A stretch of DNA of 64,000 bases. It comes from a virus. Its lineage: Duplodnaviria; Caudoviricetes. The notes under the pieces are model-generated. The model saw only the letters and a program-made list of their open reading frames with translations, was not told the DNA's origin and ran no database searches. Both the position numbers and the translations under genes were made by a program. This document shows, in pieces, positions 63,580 to 64,000 of the stretch (position 1 is the first letter of the stretch; each line of letters begins with the position of its first letter). The DNA lies in the IMG/VR virus record IMGVR_UViG_2639763012_000002, positions 1 through 64,000 of that record. One strand, given 5' to 3'.

Positions 63580-64000
63580 GTGCACTACGGCGACCGCGAC
63601 GGATACGGCCAGTACGGCATCCTGGACGACGACGGCGAGCGGGTGCTGTGCCACGAGTGCGGGCGGCGCTACCGCCAGCTCCCGTACCACATCAATCGGG
63701 CGCACGGGATGACGGCAGTCGAGTACCGGGCAGCCCACGGCCTGAGCGTGACGCAGCCGTTGGCGTCCGACAGCCTGACGGCGACGCAGCGCGCCAACTC
63801 CACCAGGGTCTACGCCCAACGCCCCGACATCCGGGCCATGCTCGCCGACGCGCTGAGCCGGGGCTGCTCCGCGGCGGCGTCCCGGGCTGCGCAGGCCGCC
63901 GCGCCGGACTCCCTCGCCCGTGCCGCCGAGCGGCATCGCCGCCGGGTCGCATCTGCTCGCCTGGCGGAGCGCGAGCGGGCCGCGAAGCGGCGCAGGCTCG
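63580..64000 (+). CDS. Ros/MucR-like Zn-finger protein, truncated by the window end
   Basis: Manual translation: DGERVLCHECGRRYRQLPYHINRAHGMTAVEYRAAHGL..PLAS. Confidence 0.75.
   Translation, partial: MHYGDRDGYGQYGILDDDGERVLCHECGRRYRQLPYHINRAHGMTAVEYRAAHGLSVTQPLASDSLTATQRANSTRVYAQRPDIRAMLADALSRGCSAAASRAAQAAAPDSLARAAERHRRRVASARLAERERAAKRRRL

Larger units (their letters stand above)
1..64000. mobile_element. Temperate siphophage / phage-plasmid-like element; ends lie outside the window or were not recognised
   Basis: Head, tail and lysis gene set plus repressor/xis-like switch and replication initiator; no host core genes, integrase or att seen. Confidence 0.85.

Overview
A high-GC, Streptomyces-like window occupied end to end by a temperate siphophage-like element; no host housekeeping genes, integrase or att sites were recognised. 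Layout: (1) 1-7.6 kb accessory genes (XRE regulator, HAD hydrolase, PP2C-like phosphatase, L-isoaspartate O-methyltransferase with a small coupled peptide gene); (2) 7.6-10.2 kb lysis cassette with a DEDDh exonuclease between endolysin and holin; (3) 10.3-35.3 kb virion genes (terminase, an inverted portal/MuF-protease block, capsid, tail tube, tape measure, tail tip and receptor-binding proteins, glycosyltransferase), interrupted by a tnpB-only IS200/IS605-family element that preserves the stop/start overlap it landed in; (4) 35.3-39.1 kb morons and regulators; (5) 39-53 kb leftward arm with nucleotide hydrolases, plasmid spread-like membrane proteins, DNA repeat arrays and a 64-nt tRNA-like element; (6) 53-60.5 kb GntR/UTRA repressor, DUF5131, GGDEF cyclase and an HTH replication initiator with internal iterons; (7) 61-64 kb an orphan type I-B Cas8 (Cst1-like) gene with two promoter-proximal CRISPR-repeat-like hairpins, an operator-controlled acidic/HTH protein and a Ros/MucR-like gene. 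Block 7 is the best candidate for an undescribed system. All family calls rest on motif recognition by eye; no database search was run.
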